A DNA stretch of 64,000 nt from an uncultured candidate division Zixibacteria bacterium (lineage in GTDB: Bacteria; Zixibacteria; MSB-5A5; UBA10806; 4484-95): assembly GCA_963668625.2 (NCBI GenBank), contig CAXXKA010000005.1:64001-128000 (forward strand), in the 5' to 3' direction. The position numbers were made by a program, and so were the translations under genes. The notes below the pieces were generated by a model. It ran no database searches. It saw nothing but the letters and a program-made list of their open reading frames with translations, and was not told the origin of the DNA. Within the stretch, counting starts at the first letter, position 1, and every line of letters begins with the position of its first letter. Shown piece by piece: positions 50,541 through 61,639 of this stretch.

Positions 50541-51269
50541 ATGGAAAAGATGAGAATAAATAAATACCTGGCCCGCTCCGGGGTGGCCTCACGCCGTCAC
50601 GCCGATAACCTTATCCTTCAGGGACGTGTTAAAATAAACGGTATACTGGTGAATCAGCTCGGTATACAGGTGCAGGATAATAAGGATGTAGTCGAGGTTG
50701 ATGGCAAAATAGTCTCGCCGGAAAAAGGTAGTTTCTACTTGATGCTGAACAAACCGACAGGTTACCTGGTCTCGACCCGCGACCCTCATCATAAAAGACT
50801 GGTTACCTCGTTGTTGAAAGGCTATAGAGGTAAGGTTTTTCCGGTTGGACGGCTCGATTATGACTCCTCCGGTTTGCTTTTATTTACTAATGACGGCGAC
50901 CTGGCTTTCCGATTAAGCCATCCCCGGTTTAAGCTAAAGAAAACTTATGATGTTATCTGCGAGGGCAAAATCGATCCCGAATCGCTTAAGAAGCTCGAGC
51001 AGGGGATTGAACTGGATGACGGCAAAACCGCGCCATCCAACGCGCTCCTGATCCATACCGGTGAGAAAACCAGCCAGGTGCATATAACAATCCACGAGGG
51101 CAAGAAACGCCAGGTACGCAGGATGTTCGAGATTATCGGGTATCCCGTCAAAATGCTCAAGCGCATATCATACGGGAATTTGCGGCTGGGGAATCTCTCC
51201 GAGGGGAGTTTCGTACAGCTCAAACGCGGCCAGTTGAAAAAGCTAAGATCAATGGTGGGATTGAAATAA
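50541..51269 (+). CDS. rluB: rRNA pseudouridine synthase (RluB-like)
   Basis: S4 domain GVASRR; VGRLDYDSSGLL; EGKKRQVRRM. Confidence 0.88.
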   Translation: MEKMRINKYLARSGVASRRHADNLILQGRVKINGILVNQLGIQVQDNKDVVEVDGKIVSPEKGSFYLMLNKPTGYLVSTRDPHHKRLVTSLLKGYRGKVFPVGRLDYDSSGLLLFTNDGDLAFRLSHPRFKLKKTYDVICEGKIDPESLKKLEQGIELDDGKTAPSNALLIHTGEKTSQVHITIHEGKKRQVRRMFEIIGYPVKMLKRISYGNLRLGNLSEGSFVQLKRGQLKKLRSMVGLK

Positions 51270-51934
51270 TGGGAAACAAAGTTGTTTTGGATGGCCCGGC
51301 TGGTTCGGGGAAAAGCACGACCGCAATCGAATTATCAAAAAGACTCGGCTATATATATCTCGATACCGGCGCGATGTATCGCGCCTTGACAGTTAAATTC
51401 CTACGTAACGGCAAGGAATTACTGGAAAATACAGCCTGCCTTGATCTGGCTCTGGAGCATACCTCGATAGACCTGAAACCCTCAGACAATGGTCTGCTGG
51501 TTTTTCTGGATGATGAGGATGTTACTGAACCGATTCGTTCCGACGAGGTGGATGGTTTCGTATCCGAGGTGGCCGCGGTCGATAAAATCCGCGAGTTCAT
51601 GCATGTCTTACAACGTAAATTCGCCGAATCGCACGATATAGTCGCCGAGGGCAGGGATCTGGGCACGTTCGTTTTTCCCGATGCCGATGTTAAAATATTT
51701 CTGGTTGCCGATCTGGACGAGCGCGCTAAAAGAAGGTTGATTCAGAAGAACGCCGGTGATGATGAAATTCAGGCGTTTAAAGCTAACCTGGCCAAGCGCG
51801 ATAAGATCGACTCTGGCCGTGAGCACTCGCCTCTTAAAAAGGCGGATGACGCAATCGAGCTTGACACCACCAATCTGACATTCGAGCAGCAAGTAGAAAA
51901 GATACTTGAGATATGTCATCAAAAAATAAAGTAA
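51269..51934 (+). CDS. cmk: Cytidylate kinase
   Basis: Motifs DGPAGSGKST, LDTGAMYRA, EGRDLGT.VFPDA. Confidence 0.96.
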   Translation: MGNKVVLDGPAGSGKSTTAIELSKRLGYIYLDTGAMYRALTVKFLRNGKELLENTACLDLALEHTSIDLKPSDNGLLVFLDDEDVTEPIRSDEVDGFVSEVAAVDKIREFMHVLQRKFAESHDIVAEGRDLGTFVFPDADVKIFLVADLDERAKRRLIQKNAGDDEIQAFKANLAKRDKIDSGREHSPLKKADDAIELDTTNLTFEQQVEKILEICHQKIK

Positions 51935-52542
51935 ATTACCTCTACTGGTTCTGCCATCACACGATTAACCTGTATATGAAAACTCTTTGCCGGTTAAAGC
52001 TCACCGGTACGGAAAACATCCCGATGCAGGGGGGACTGATAATCGCCTCCAATCATATAGCAGGAGCCGATCCGTTTTTGCTGGGTTCTGCTGTTCCTCG
52101 AGAGTTATGGTATATGGCAAAAAAAGAGCTGTTTGAGGTGCCGATACAGGGGCCGTTAATAGCAAAGGTCAATGCCTTCCCGGTGGATAGGTTCGGGTTC
52201 GATCTCGATGTAATCAAAACCTCGATATCGCTTCTTAAAGAGGGCAAACCCCTGATCATGTTTCCCGAGGGTACCCGTTCGAAAGATGGCGTAATCAAGG
52301 AGGGCAAAATCGGGGTAGGGATGCTGGCTCGCAAAGCCGGTGTGCCGATAGTCCCGGCGTATCTGGAAAATACTCGCAAGGCCTGGTGGAATCTGTTCAA
52401 GGGTAAAAGAATGATTACCCGTTTCGGCGAAATCATAGATGCCGACTGGATAAACAGCCGCCCTAAAAACAAAGATGGCTACAAAGAAATCACCGATCTC
52501 TTGATGGAACGCATAAGAGATTTGCAGAATTCCAAAACGTGA
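51913..52542 (+). CDS. plsC: 1-acyl-sn-glycerol-3-phosphate acyltransferase
   Basis: Motifs NHxxxxD, MAKKELF, FPEGTRS. Confidence 0.9.
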   Translation: MSSKNKVNYLYWFCHHTINLYMKTLCRLKLTGTENIPMQGGLIIASNHIAGADPFLLGSAVPRELWYMAKKELFEVPIQGPLIAKVNAFPVDRFGFDLDVIKTSISLLKEGKPLIMFPEGTRSKDGVIKEGKIGVGMLARKAGVPIVPAYLENTRKAWWNLFKGKRMITRFGEIIDADWINSRPKNKDGYKEITDLLMERIRDLQNSKT

Positions 52543-52705
52543 TTCCTTTTGCAGTAATCATATTTATAATCAATAATATCCAAAATAATTCTTGACAAAA
52601 AGCTTGTATATTACATATAAGCTTGATTAGTAATGTAACTTGGTTTTAGTCCTCATATTCTGTCATCTTGTTTTGGGTTAACGTAAACAAACAAAAGGAG
52701 AATAT

Positions 52706-54214
52706 ATGTTTAAAAAAACGCTTATTCCTATAGCGGTATTCATTATTCTATTAGTATCATTGGCTGAAGCACAAACGACATATTATGTGGGGCCAACTAG
52801 ATACTACACCTCTATCGGTGATGCTATTGCCGTGTGCTCTGACGGTGATAAAATCGAAATCGATGATGCTACTTATAACGAATATGACTTACATGTTGAG
52901 GTAGACCTGGAGATAGAGGGTAATATATCTTACCCCGGTTCGGTGATCATCGAAACTAACTCTAATGGCCGTGGAATCTTAGTTGATAGCATAGATGAAT
53001 TCAGTATCCGGGGTGTGACAATTAGAAACGGTGTAGGACCTATATCTATCGGTGGTGGCGCTATTTATTTTTACAATGTCGAATCGGCAATTGTTGAAAA
53101 TTGCCGTTTTATCGATAATTATTCACCTTACGATGGTGGCGCTATCTGTACCCACACCGCTGGATCACTTGTGCTCGATAGTTGCTATTTTTATCTGAAC
53201 GAAGCTAATGCCTCGGGCGGCGCTGTTTGCTTAATGGGAACTTATACTTCGTATGAAGTTGAGATATTTGATAACTACCTCGAGTATAATGTCTCGAATG
53301 AAGCCGGCGGCGCTTTATACCTGGAAACCGGCGGTAATGCTACTGTTTCTCGAAATCAGTTGTATAACAATTCCAATGTTGATGGTGGCGGATCATCCGC
53401 GATGGGTGGCGGCGCTATTTATTGCCCCGGTTACGACACTATCGAGGACAACTACATTTTCAATAACACATCCGAGGGCTATGGTGGCGGTATGTATGTG
53501 CATGGCCTGACGGTAGCCGAGGGTAATCTGATATGCAATAATACCGGGGAAAACGGCGGTGGCGTTACTATAGCTGGTACCGGCGGTAATTTTGATGGTA
53601 ATACAATCTATGGGAATACCGCTACTATTGAAGGTGGCGGAATATTCGTCGAGATGTACGGCGATGTGGATATCATCAATACGATCGTCTGGGACAACTC
53701 GCCCGATCAAATCGATGATGACGATGGCAATTTGGATGCCACATATTGCGATATAGGAGGTGGCTGGGCCGGTACGGGTAATATAGATCACGATCCTGCG
53801 TGCTGTGCCCCTGACTACGACGAGTTTTCGATAAGTTCATCCTCCTGCTGCTATCAAACAGGCTATAATGGCGTTAATATAGGCGCTCTTGGAGTAGGTT
53901 GTTCCAGTTATGAGTACCTGCTGGGTGATGCCAGCATGTACGCCACTTCCTGGCCGCCTTCCCTAACTGGTGGGGATGCCACCTACCTGCTGTATTATTT
54001 CTATGGAAGTAATGAAGCGTGCGAAATCGATGGCATATGGCTTTCTGCTGATGTTAATGCTAGTTGCAGCGTTACGATGGCTGACATTACTGTGCTCACT
54101 AACTACTTCAGAGGTTTGGCTGAATTGAAATACTGCCCATATCGTCCACCCTTATGGTTCGACGAGGGTGATTTGCCGGGATCGGCGCCGGCCGGCTGGC
54201 CCAATTGCGAATAG
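52706..54214 (+). CDS. Secreted right-handed beta-helix (GGAI-repeat) protein with dockerin-like C-terminus
   Basis: Signal peptide; GGAI/GGG repeats; tail GDASM…GDATYLLYYF / ADVNASC…ADITVLTNYFRG. Confidence 0.8.
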   Translation: MFKKTLIPIAVFIILLVSLAEAQTTYYVGPTRYYTSIGDAIAVCSDGDKIEIDDATYNEYDLHVEVDLEIEGNISYPGSVIIETNSNGRGILVDSIDEFSIRGVTIRNGVGPISIGGGAIYFYNVESAIVENCRFIDNYSPYDGGAICTHTAGSLVLDSCYFYLNEANASGGAVCLMGTYTSYEVEIFDNYLEYNVSNEAGGALYLETGGNATVSRNQLYNNSNVDGGGSSAMGGGAIYCPGYDTIEDNYIFNNTSEGYGGGMYVHGLTVAEGNLICNNTGENGGGVTIAGTGGNFDGNTIYGNTATIEGGGIFVEMYGDVDIINTIVWDNSPDQIDDDDGNLDATYCDIGGGWAGTGNIDHDPACCAPDYDEFSISSSSCCYQTGYNGVNIGALGVGCSSYEYLLGDASMYATSWPPSLTGGDATYLLYYFYGSNEACEIDGIWLSADVNASCSVTMADITVLTNYFRGLAELKYCPYRPPLWFDEGDLPGSAPAGWPNCE

Positions 54215-54246
54215 TATTTTAATCATCATGGCTTAAATGACTTTAT

Positions 54247-54276
54247 AGTGGGATGGTAAAATGCCATCCCGCTTTA
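54247..54276 (+). terminator. Intrinsic terminator
   Basis: GTGGGATGG-TAAAATG-CCATCCCGC followed by a T-rich tail. Confidence 0.6.
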
Positions 54277-54344
54277 TTTTTATAGTTTCTGTATAAATTA
54301 TTCATCCTACCAAACCTGCCTTTGTAAGGCTGACTTCTCCCTGA

Positions 54345-54430
54345 TTTCCAAGCGCTGTTTGGAAATCTTCTCGAATCGTAGTATACCGGCAGGCAGGCCA
54401 CATTGCGAAGCAGCGCTTCGCAACGAGACG
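54345..54430 (-). repeat. Inverted copy of the MITE internal double palindrome
   Basis: Reverse complement of CTCGTTGCGAAGCGCTGCTTCGCAA…TTTCCAAACAGCGCTTGGAAA, without the TIRs. Confidence 0.7.
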
Positions 54431-54741
54431 GAATGGCCGCATAGATCGGTCGGTGTTGGTTTTCTATTATGTGGCTGGCGGATGTCCTGATACTGTTCCA
54501 AAAGACACGTGGTTGGGGTACGTCCTTGCTTGTCCAGGCGGTGATCCAACTGGTCTGCTTGCTACTGAAACTGTCACCGGTTGTAGTTATTTGTATATTA
54601 TACTATACGTATATTTTTCGCGAACCCATTCTCATATTAATTTAAATAGATATTGATTCGATCATTATCAGGTCGTATTATTATCGAAATTGAACATTTA
54701 TATTCACTGGGGAAATATCAATAATCAAACGGAGGGTTTCC

Positions 54742-55188
54742 ATGAAAAAGTATTTTATAGCCGCCTTGATTCTAGTGCTCGGAACGCTTTTCATCGGCCA
54801 AAAATTAGCGGTAAGCCAAACGGAGATGCATAACGGCGATGGCATGCTAATTCACATCAGTTGCGGTCCTGATGACGCTCACCGTGTACTCATGGCGCTT
54901 CAGATGGCGCGTATGATGTCGGCTGATAAGAAGGTACTGGTCTATCTCGATATCGAGGCCGTGAATATCGTTTTGAAAAATGCCAAGGATATAATGCATC
55001 CGGCGTTTCCCACCGCGCAAACCCAGATTCAATACCTGCTTCAACATGATGTGCCTATAATGGCATGTCCGGGATGTCTGAGGGCGGCAGGCAAAACTAA
55101 GGCTGATTTGATGGAGGGGATACAAGTCGCATACAAGGATGCTTTCTATAATTTCGCCGAGGGTAAAGTAATCACATTGGATTATTAA
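54742..55188 (+). CDS. DsrE-family protein, secreted
   Basis: Signal peptide; VLVYLDIEAV, IMACPGCL. Confidence 0.8.
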   Translation: MKKYFIAALILVLGTLFIGQKLAVSQTEMHNGDGMLIHISCGPDDAHRVLMALQMARMMSADKKVLVYLDIEAVNIVLKNAKDIMHPAFPTAQTQIQYLLQHDVPIMACPGCLRAAGKTKADLMEGIQVAYKDAFYNFAEGKVITLDY

Positions 55189-55521
55189 ACCAACGGGCTA
55201 ATCCTAATCTTATATTAATTCGAAAGCAAGTCGGGTTAGGATTATACCTTTTAGTCCGATGTATTAGTGATTTGCAAATATAAGGTAGAGGCTTGAAGTC
55301 AGTTAGCTTTTATCATGAAATAACTATTTAAACAAATACACAATAAGTCCAAAATCAACACTATAATCATTTTTCAATTGCCTAATTTAAATGAAACCGT
55401 TATAAACCTGTAGCATTTAACAATTAGGATGGCAGGTTACGTAAATAGCCTGTTCTTTTATTATGAACTTATAACGAAGTTTAACACATCTCTGCCGATA
55501 CTTAGATAAAAGGAATAATTG

Positions 55522-55941
55522 ATGAAATACAGAGAGACAAAAAACGGCTATTTCCTGAAAGTGGAAAAAGGCGAGGAAATTGTCCAAACATTATTGGATT
55601 TTATTGCCAAACTTAAAATCCCCTCCGGCACTATTAGCGGAATAGGCGCCCTTGAAAATGTCGAACTGGGCTATTTTAATACCGAGACGAAAGAATATCG
55701 GCATAGTGATTTTGATGGTGTTTTCGAGTTGCTTTCATTGGCGGGAAATATCGCTTGGCTTGACGGTAAACCGGTGGCCCATGTTCATTGTATGATAGGA
55801 GACGCTAACTACAATGTAAAAGGCGGCCATCTTTTTAGCGGTATCGTGGCTGTAACCGGCGAGATTTATATGCAAACATTTACAGATAAATTCACCCGGG
55901 CTAAAGATCCCGAATTAGAACTAAACCTGTTGGATTTCTAA
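55522..55941 (+). CDS. PPC-domain (DUF296) protein
   Basis: Motifs GIGAL, ELLSLAGNI, HVHC, GGHL. Confidence 0.9.
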   Translation: MKYRETKNGYFLKVEKGEEIVQTLLDFIAKLKIPSGTISGIGALENVELGYFNTETKEYRHSDFDGVFELLSLAGNIAWLDGKPVAHVHCMIGDANYNVKGGHLFSGIVAVTGEIYMQTFTDKFTRAKDPELELNLLDF

Positions 55942-55942
55942 A

Positions 55943-56731
55943 ATGAAAAGAATAATCACCCTGATAACAGATTTCCGGACAACCGATGGCTATATGGGCG
56001 CTGTTTACGGCGTTATTAAGTCCATTACCCCCGATTCTGAGATCGTGACAATTTCACACAATATCCCTCCGGAGGATATCCGTAAAGCCTCCCGAGCGCT
56101 AAAAAACAGTTATCAGTTCTATCCTGAGGGTACAATACATATGGTCGTTGTCGATCCTACAGTCGGTCCTCACCGCCGAGGATTGATAGTTTATGATGGT
56201 GATTATTATTTCGTAGGGCCTGATAACGGTGTTTTCACAGCCGTTTATAAAAAGGCTACCGATTTCCACTGTTATCAGATTTCCAATGATAAATACCGCC
56301 TTTCCTCGCAATCCGAAACATTTCATGGCCGGGATATATTTGCGCCGACGGCTGCTTATATAGCCAGAGGCGTGCCGCCAGAGGAATTTGGGCCGCAGGT
56401 TGATGATCCGGTAATGCTTAAAGATCCCGAACCGGAGAAGATAGGGGATGAGATATACGGCAAAATAGTCGACATTGACGCGTTCGGTAACCTGGTTACT
56501 AACATTCCCGCCGATTTCATTCATTCTAGCGTAAGAATATGCGTTTGCGGACATAAAATTGAGGGATTACAGAAAAGCTACAATGATGTCCCTGAAAAGC
56601 AGCCGCTGGCTTATATCGGCTCAATCGGTCATTTGGAGATAGCTATCAATCGTGGAAACGCCGCTAATTTCTTTGGCGCGCTGTTATTCGATGAGGTAAA
56701 AGTACTGGATGTTGAACCTGACTCCAACTAA
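55943..56731 (+). CDS. SAM hydroxide adenosyltransferase (chlorinase/fluorinase family, DUF62)
   Basis: Motifs ITLITDF, VVVDP.VG, GPDNG, TFHGRDIFAP, DAFGN. Confidence 0.92.
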   Translation: MKRIITLITDFRTTDGYMGAVYGVIKSITPDSEIVTISHNIPPEDIRKASRALKNSYQFYPEGTIHMVVVDPTVGPHRRGLIVYDGDYYFVGPDNGVFTAVYKKATDFHCYQISNDKYRLSSQSETFHGRDIFAPTAAYIARGVPPEEFGPQVDDPVMLKDPEPEKIGDEIYGKIVDIDAFGNLVTNIPADFIHSSVRICVCGHKIEGLQKSYNDVPEKQPLAYIGSIGHLEIAINRGNAANFFGALLFDEVKVLDVEPDSN

Positions 56732-56739
56732 GATGTAGT

Positions 56740-57510
56740 ATGTCTGAGGAATCGTTTTTAAAAGATTTTGGCGAGGCTCCATTTTTAGACCATTTGGAAG
56801 AACTTCGCTGGAGACTGATTAAATCCATAATTGCTATAATAGTTGGCGCATTTGTCGCGTTTTACTATTCCGATTTCCTTTTCAATGCCTTATGGTACCC
56901 GTTGAAACAAGCCGTTCCCGAGTTAAAAATACACTATTTCAAGGTAACCGAGGGATTTATCACGAGAATTAAACTGGCGATCATCTCCGGTGCCGCAGTG
57001 GCCTCGCCGATTATATTCTATCAAGCCTGGAAATTTATCATTCCCGGTTTATATGAAAAAGAGATAAAAGTCATCATTCCCATCGTGGCCGCCTCAACTG
57101 CATTCTTTTTCACAGGTACTACATTTTGCTATTTTATCCTTCTACCGTACGGATTACAGTTTTTCTACACTCAAACCCCCGAGGGGGTAGAGGCTACGCT
57201 CATGATGAGCGACTACCTTGGTTTCGTTATGATGCTTCTATTGGCTTTCGGGGCGGTGTTCCAATTGCCTGTTGTTTCGTTCTTTTTCGGTCGAATTGGG
57301 CTTATTTCCTCGGATTTTCTGGCGAAAGGAAGGCGATACGCCGTAATTGCCATTGCCGCCCTGGCGGCTTTTATAACCCCACCGGATATTATCAGTCAGG
57401 TTGGAATAGGGGTACCATTATATATATTGTATGAAATCTCGATCATAATAGTCAGGTTGACGGGCCGAGCGGAAAAACCCAAAAAAGATAAAGAAAATCT
57501 TTCAGGCTGA
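56740..57510 (+). CDS. tatC: Twin-arginine translocase subunit TatC
   Basis: Motifs HLEELRWRL, FIIPGLY..E, FQLP, ITPPD. Confidence 0.96.
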   Translation: MSEESFLKDFGEAPFLDHLEELRWRLIKSIIAIIVGAFVAFYYSDFLFNALWYPLKQAVPELKIHYFKVTEGFITRIKLAIISGAAVASPIIFYQAWKFIIPGLYEKEIKVIIPIVAASTAFFFTGTTFCYFILLPYGLQFFYTQTPEGVEATLMMSDYLGFVMMLLLAFGAVFQLPVVSFFFGRIGLISSDFLAKGRRYAVIAIAALAAFITPPDIISQVGIGVPLYILYEISIIIVRLTGRAEKPKKDKENLSG

Positions 57511-57700
57511 TGGTAAAGTATTATTTTATATAAAGATAGACGGATAATTGCAATTCAGTTCCAAATTCGGTAGATGTTTTGCTATACAATATTATATAAA
57601 TAAGGGAATAAGCTTGTGTTAACTCGCTATATATATTAAGCGGGCGTTGGAACAGAAGCTATAATGATTTTGTTATTAAGGAAAGAGAAAGCGGTACAAC

Positions 57701-60490
57701 ATGAGAAAACTATATTTATTTGCTTTTATCTTCGCCTTACTACCTTCATTGGCAATTGGCCAATACTATTTCGGGCAGAATAAAGTACAGTATACCGATT
57801 TCGATTGGCAGGTATTGAAAACCGATAATTTCGATGTCTATTTCTATCCTGAAGAAGAGCAAATCGCTCAGGTAGCGGCTAAGATGGCGGAGGATAGTTA
57901 TGTTCACCACGTCGAAAAATTCAATCATGTTATAGACAAGAAAATCCCGCTCATAATCTACAGTTCCCCGACATTCTTCTATCAGACTAATGTCACGCCT
58001 TACCTGTTGCCTGAGGGTGTCGCCGGTTTTACCGAATATTTCAAAGAGCGCGTGGTCGTACATTATCATGGTTCACACGAGGATCTTCAGAAACTGATAC
58101 AGCACGAGTTGACACACGTATTCCAGATGAATAAAGTTACCTATGTCTGCCGGGCTCATCGCAAACGTAATCCGCCTCGCCCGCCGCTGTGGTTCACCGA
58201 AGGCCTGGCCGAGTACTGGTCTGAGGGCTGGAGTACCGAGGCCGATATGGTTATCCGGGATATGGTGATATCCGGCAATATAGTGCCTTTCGAAAGGCTT
58301 TACACTATCAGCGGTTCTTATTTCATGTATAAAGTAGGTCAGTCGATTTGCCAATTCATGTCCGAAACATACGGCGATGATAAACTGACGCTCTTATACG
58401 AGAACTGGTGGAAAGAACCATCATTCGATTTGCTGGTGAAAAACACTTATGGCGTACCTCTGGCCGAAATCGGAAAGCAATGGGAATATTATCTAAAGAA
58501 AAAATATTATCCTCATCTCGAGGACCAGACGTTACCGGAAAACGTGGCCACTAAACTGACCGTTAAAAGTTATAATGTCAAGCCCACTGTTTTCACCAAC
58601 CTGAATGACAACGGCGAGGAACGGCAGTTCGTGGCTTTCAAAACTTATCGTATGGGATACACCAATATTGCCTTGATGCCGCTAAGCGGTGAGAATTCCG
58701 GCTTGAAACGAATTATCAAAGGCCAAAGATCGGCCAAGTTCGAGTCCTTGCACTTTATCGATTCTAAAATAGACGCCTATGATGACGGCCGTTTGACTTT
58801 CGTCTCCAAGAGCCACGAATCCGATGTGTTATACGTATATGATACCAAGGAAAATAAAATAATCGAAAGCTATCGATTCGAGGGCTTGATTAATGTCAGT
58901 TCACCGTCATGGTCACCCGAGGGCGAAAGAATTGCTTTTAGCGGCACCACCATGGATGGCCAAACTGATATATACCTTTACACAATCGAAAGTGATGAGC
59001 TAAAACGTCTGACTGATGATTTCTATTATGATCTAACGCCCACGTTCTCTCATGATGGCAGACATATCGCGTTTAGCTCCGATCGCGACGGCGATAGAGG
59101 TATAAACATATTCTCCTACGATCTACGATCCGGCAGTATCAAGCAACTGACATTCGGTGAAAGCGAAAATCTCTCGCCTCAATGGGCCTCGCAAAACGAT
59201 AGAATGCTTTTCACCTCGGATGTTGAGGGTGTTCCCAATATATACATGATCGATGAGCCGACGGGCGAGGAACCGAAACTCGTACAATTAACAGATTTCG
59301 TGACAGGCGCTTTCGATCCCGAGTTCACCTCGAACGATTCGGCAATCGTATTCAGCGCATACCAGAATAATCGTTACAATATTTACAGTATGGAATTGGA
59401 TTCCGCCCTGGCAATGACCGAACACGAACGCGCCAGTCAGTGGAGTTCCAAAGATAGCTGGAATCCAGAGGTACTGGGCGGCAGCTATATCAAAGGCAAT
59501 GTCAAATATAAAACCAAGCTTTCGTTCGATATCGCTCAATCTGTCATGTCTTATGATGCCGTATTCGGTTCGGTCGGCGGCCTTCAAGGAGCGTTAACCG
59601 ATATGCTGGGTAATCATCAGTATTATTTCCTGGTCTATAACACCGCCGATACGAGAGAGGATTTACTCAATAGTATGAACGCGGCCGTTACCTATATCAA
59701 TCGAAAGAAACGTATAAACTGGGGTTTCGGAGCATTCAGGTTCTACAACGAGTACACCGATGATTACTATGGTTTCTTAAGCGAGCAAACGTTTGGTGGG
59801 CTGTTCCTGGCCAGTTACCCGTTTTCCAGGTACGACCGCATAGAGAGCTCGTTGTATATTCGTGATTACCGCAAAAATACGATTCTCAGCGAAGACCCGA
59901 GTGCACTGGTCGGTACATCGATGCTCTCGTATATCAAGGATACATCTCTGTGGGGACCCAGCGGCCCGATAGATGGTTTCAGGATGCACCTGACACTGGC
60001 CGCCTCGCTTGATTTGAAGAAAGCCAAGTATTATAATTCGCAAATAAATGTTGATATCCGAAAATATTTCCGATTAACCGAATCCTCGGCTTTCGCGGTC
60101 AGGGGGATGTATTTCAGGTCGATGGGCGAGGACCCGCAGCGTTACTATCTAGGTGGTAGCTGGGATTTACGCGGCTATCCAAGGCGTAGTTTCCATGGCA
60201 AAAAACTCGTGCTGTTCAATAACGAGCTGAGATTCCCGCTTATCAACCGCTTGTTTATCGGCTTCCCGTTCGGCGCTATGAATTTCTCGGCTATCCGAGG
60301 CGCTTTGTTTTTCGATGCCGGAAAGGCCTGGGAAGAAGATATGGAAAGATTAGCCGGTAGTTTCGGTTTCGGATTCAGGGTATCGTTGGGATATGTAACA
60401 GTACTACGTTTTGATTTTGCCAGAAGAACCGATTTTAAAACAGTATCAAAGGATTTCGATTTCGACTTTTTCTTTGGTTGGAACTATTAG
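57701..60490 (+). CDS. Omp85/BamA-family outer-membrane protein with N-terminal peptidase-like and TolB/PD40 domains
   Basis: FGQNKVQY, HELTH…WFTEGLAE, PD40 repeats, LGG…LRGY, ELRFP, terminal F.FG.NY. Confidence 0.88.
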   Translation: MRKLYLFAFIFALLPSLAIGQYYFGQNKVQYTDFDWQVLKTDNFDVYFYPEEEQIAQVAAKMAEDSYVHHVEKFNHVIDKKIPLIIYSSPTFFYQTNVTPYLLPEGVAGFTEYFKERVVVHYHGSHEDLQKLIQHELTHVFQMNKVTYVCRAHRKRNPPRPPLWFTEGLAEYWSEGWSTEADMVIRDMVISGNIVPFERLYTISGSYFMYKVGQSICQFMSETYGDDKLTLLYENWWKEPSFDLLVKNTYGVPLAEIGKQWEYYLKKKYYPHLEDQTLPENVATKLTVKSYNVKPTVFTNLNDNGEERQFVAFKTYRMGYTNIALMPLSGENSGLKRIIKGQRSAKFESLHFIDSKIDAYDDGRLTFVSKSHESDVLYVYDTKENKIIESYRFEGLINVSSPSWSPEGERIAFSGTTMDGQTDIYLYTIESDELKRLTDDFYYDLTPTFSHDGRHIAFSSDRDGDRGINIFSYDLRSGSIKQLTFGESENLSPQWASQNDRMLFTSDVEGVPNIYMIDEPTGEEPKLVQLTDFVTGAFDPEFTSNDSAIVFSAYQNNRYNIYSMELDSALAMTEHERASQWSSKDSWNPEVLGGSYIKGNVKYKTKLSFDIAQSVMSYDAVFGSVGGLQGALTDMLGNHQYYFLVYNTADTREDLLNSMNAAVTYINRKKRINWGFGAFRFYNEYTDDYYGFLSEQTFGGLFLASYPFSRYDRIESSLYIRDYRKNTILSEDPSALVGTSMLSYIKDTSLWGPSGPIDGFRMHLTLAASLDLKKAKYYNSQINVDIRKYFRLTESSAFAVRGMYFRSMGEDPQRYYLGGSWDLRGYPRRSFHGKKLVLFNNELRFPLINRLFIGFPFGAMNFSAIRGALFFDAGKAWEEDMERLAGSFGFGFRVSLGYVTVLRFDFARRTDFKTVSKDFDFDFFFGWNY

Positions 60491-60496
60491 GGAATT

Positions 60497-61639
60497 ATGA
60501 AAACAAATAGCCTGGTGTTTATGGGAGGGGTGCTGGGCGCGCTGTTAGCAGGGTGTAGCAACAGTCATCCCCCGTTGGAAATTGCCCCGGAAAAATCGGA
60601 GATGTATGCCGGTTATAAAGGGGATGCTACCAGAAGCGGATATACCGATTCTGATAACGATATTGAATTTCAGCCGTTATGGCAGATTAAATTCCGTCGG
60701 CCGCTTTTCTACGAGCCGGCCATGGCGGCCAACTATGCTTTTCAGCCAACCTCCGATCAAAAAATACATGTGATCGACATTAATACGGGCGAGGAAGTTG
60801 CCGAAATTAAAATCAAGCGCGATATCGGCACTACGCCTGAACTTTTCGGACAATACATGGCCGTGTGCGAGGAAGGCGAACGCAACGAACTCGTAATATT
60901 CGATTATATCGAGGGACGTTTAGTCTGGAAGGCCAGAACCTATCGTGTTTGCCTTCAGCCGTTGCTCTATGATAACAATATATTCTGGGTTGACGGCAGG
61001 AATCGGTTGAACGCCGCCCGGCTGGAAAACGGCGAGGAAGTTTGGTCTAAAAAGATATTCACCGGCATGGATACCGCCCCCATACTCTGTGGCGAAAATA
61101 TTTATGTAACCAGCCGAGATAGTATTATTTACTGCTTAAATCCCGAGGACGGCAAAATAGTCTGGAGAAAAAAGGGGTTGGGTCGAACTAACTCGAGCCC
61201 GGCCTGTTTCGATTCCAGCCTCTATATATGTAATTCGAGCGGTACGGTCGCCGCCTATAATGCCAATAACGGCGATCTTCTATGGAGCCATGAAAACGGC
61301 TCAAGACTTTTCTACTCACCCTCGGTGGATTCACAGGGTGTTTATTTTGGGACAGGCAACAACCGGTTTGTCAAGCTTGACAGGTTCAGCGGTGAAGTTA
61401 TCTGGGAATACAACGCCGGTTCGCCGGTACGGGGCACCGCTATTATCAATACCAAGGCGGCGGTATTTACCAGTATCGATTATACCGTTTACGTCCTCGA
61501 TAAGTTCACGGGACGGCCGATAACAAGTTATGTGGCGGGCGCAGCGATCAGCGCTTCGCCGGTGCTTTACGACAACAAGCTTTTCATCGCAGCCCAGGAT
61601 AAATCCTTGAACTGTTTTTCACTGGAAGGGGAAGAGTGA
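60497..61639 (+). CDS. PQQ-like beta-propeller lipoprotein (BamB-like)
   Basis: Lipobox LAGC; repeated G..VW motifs. Confidence 0.85.
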   Translation: MKTNSLVFMGGVLGALLAGCSNSHPPLEIAPEKSEMYAGYKGDATRSGYTDSDNDIEFQPLWQIKFRRPLFYEPAMAANYAFQPTSDQKIHVIDINTGEEVAEIKIKRDIGTTPELFGQYMAVCEEGERNELVIFDYIEGRLVWKARTYRVCLQPLLYDNNIFWVDGRNRLNAARLENGEEVWSKKIFTGMDTAPILCGENIYVTSRDSIIYCLNPEDGKIVWRKKGLGRTNSSPACFDSSLYICNSSGTVAAYNANNGDLLWSHENGSRLFYSPSVDSQGVYFGTGNNRFVKLDRFSGEVIWEYNAGSPVRGTAIINTKAAVFTSIDYTVYVLDKFTGRPITSYVAGAAISASPVLYDNKLFIAAQDKSLNCFSLEGEE

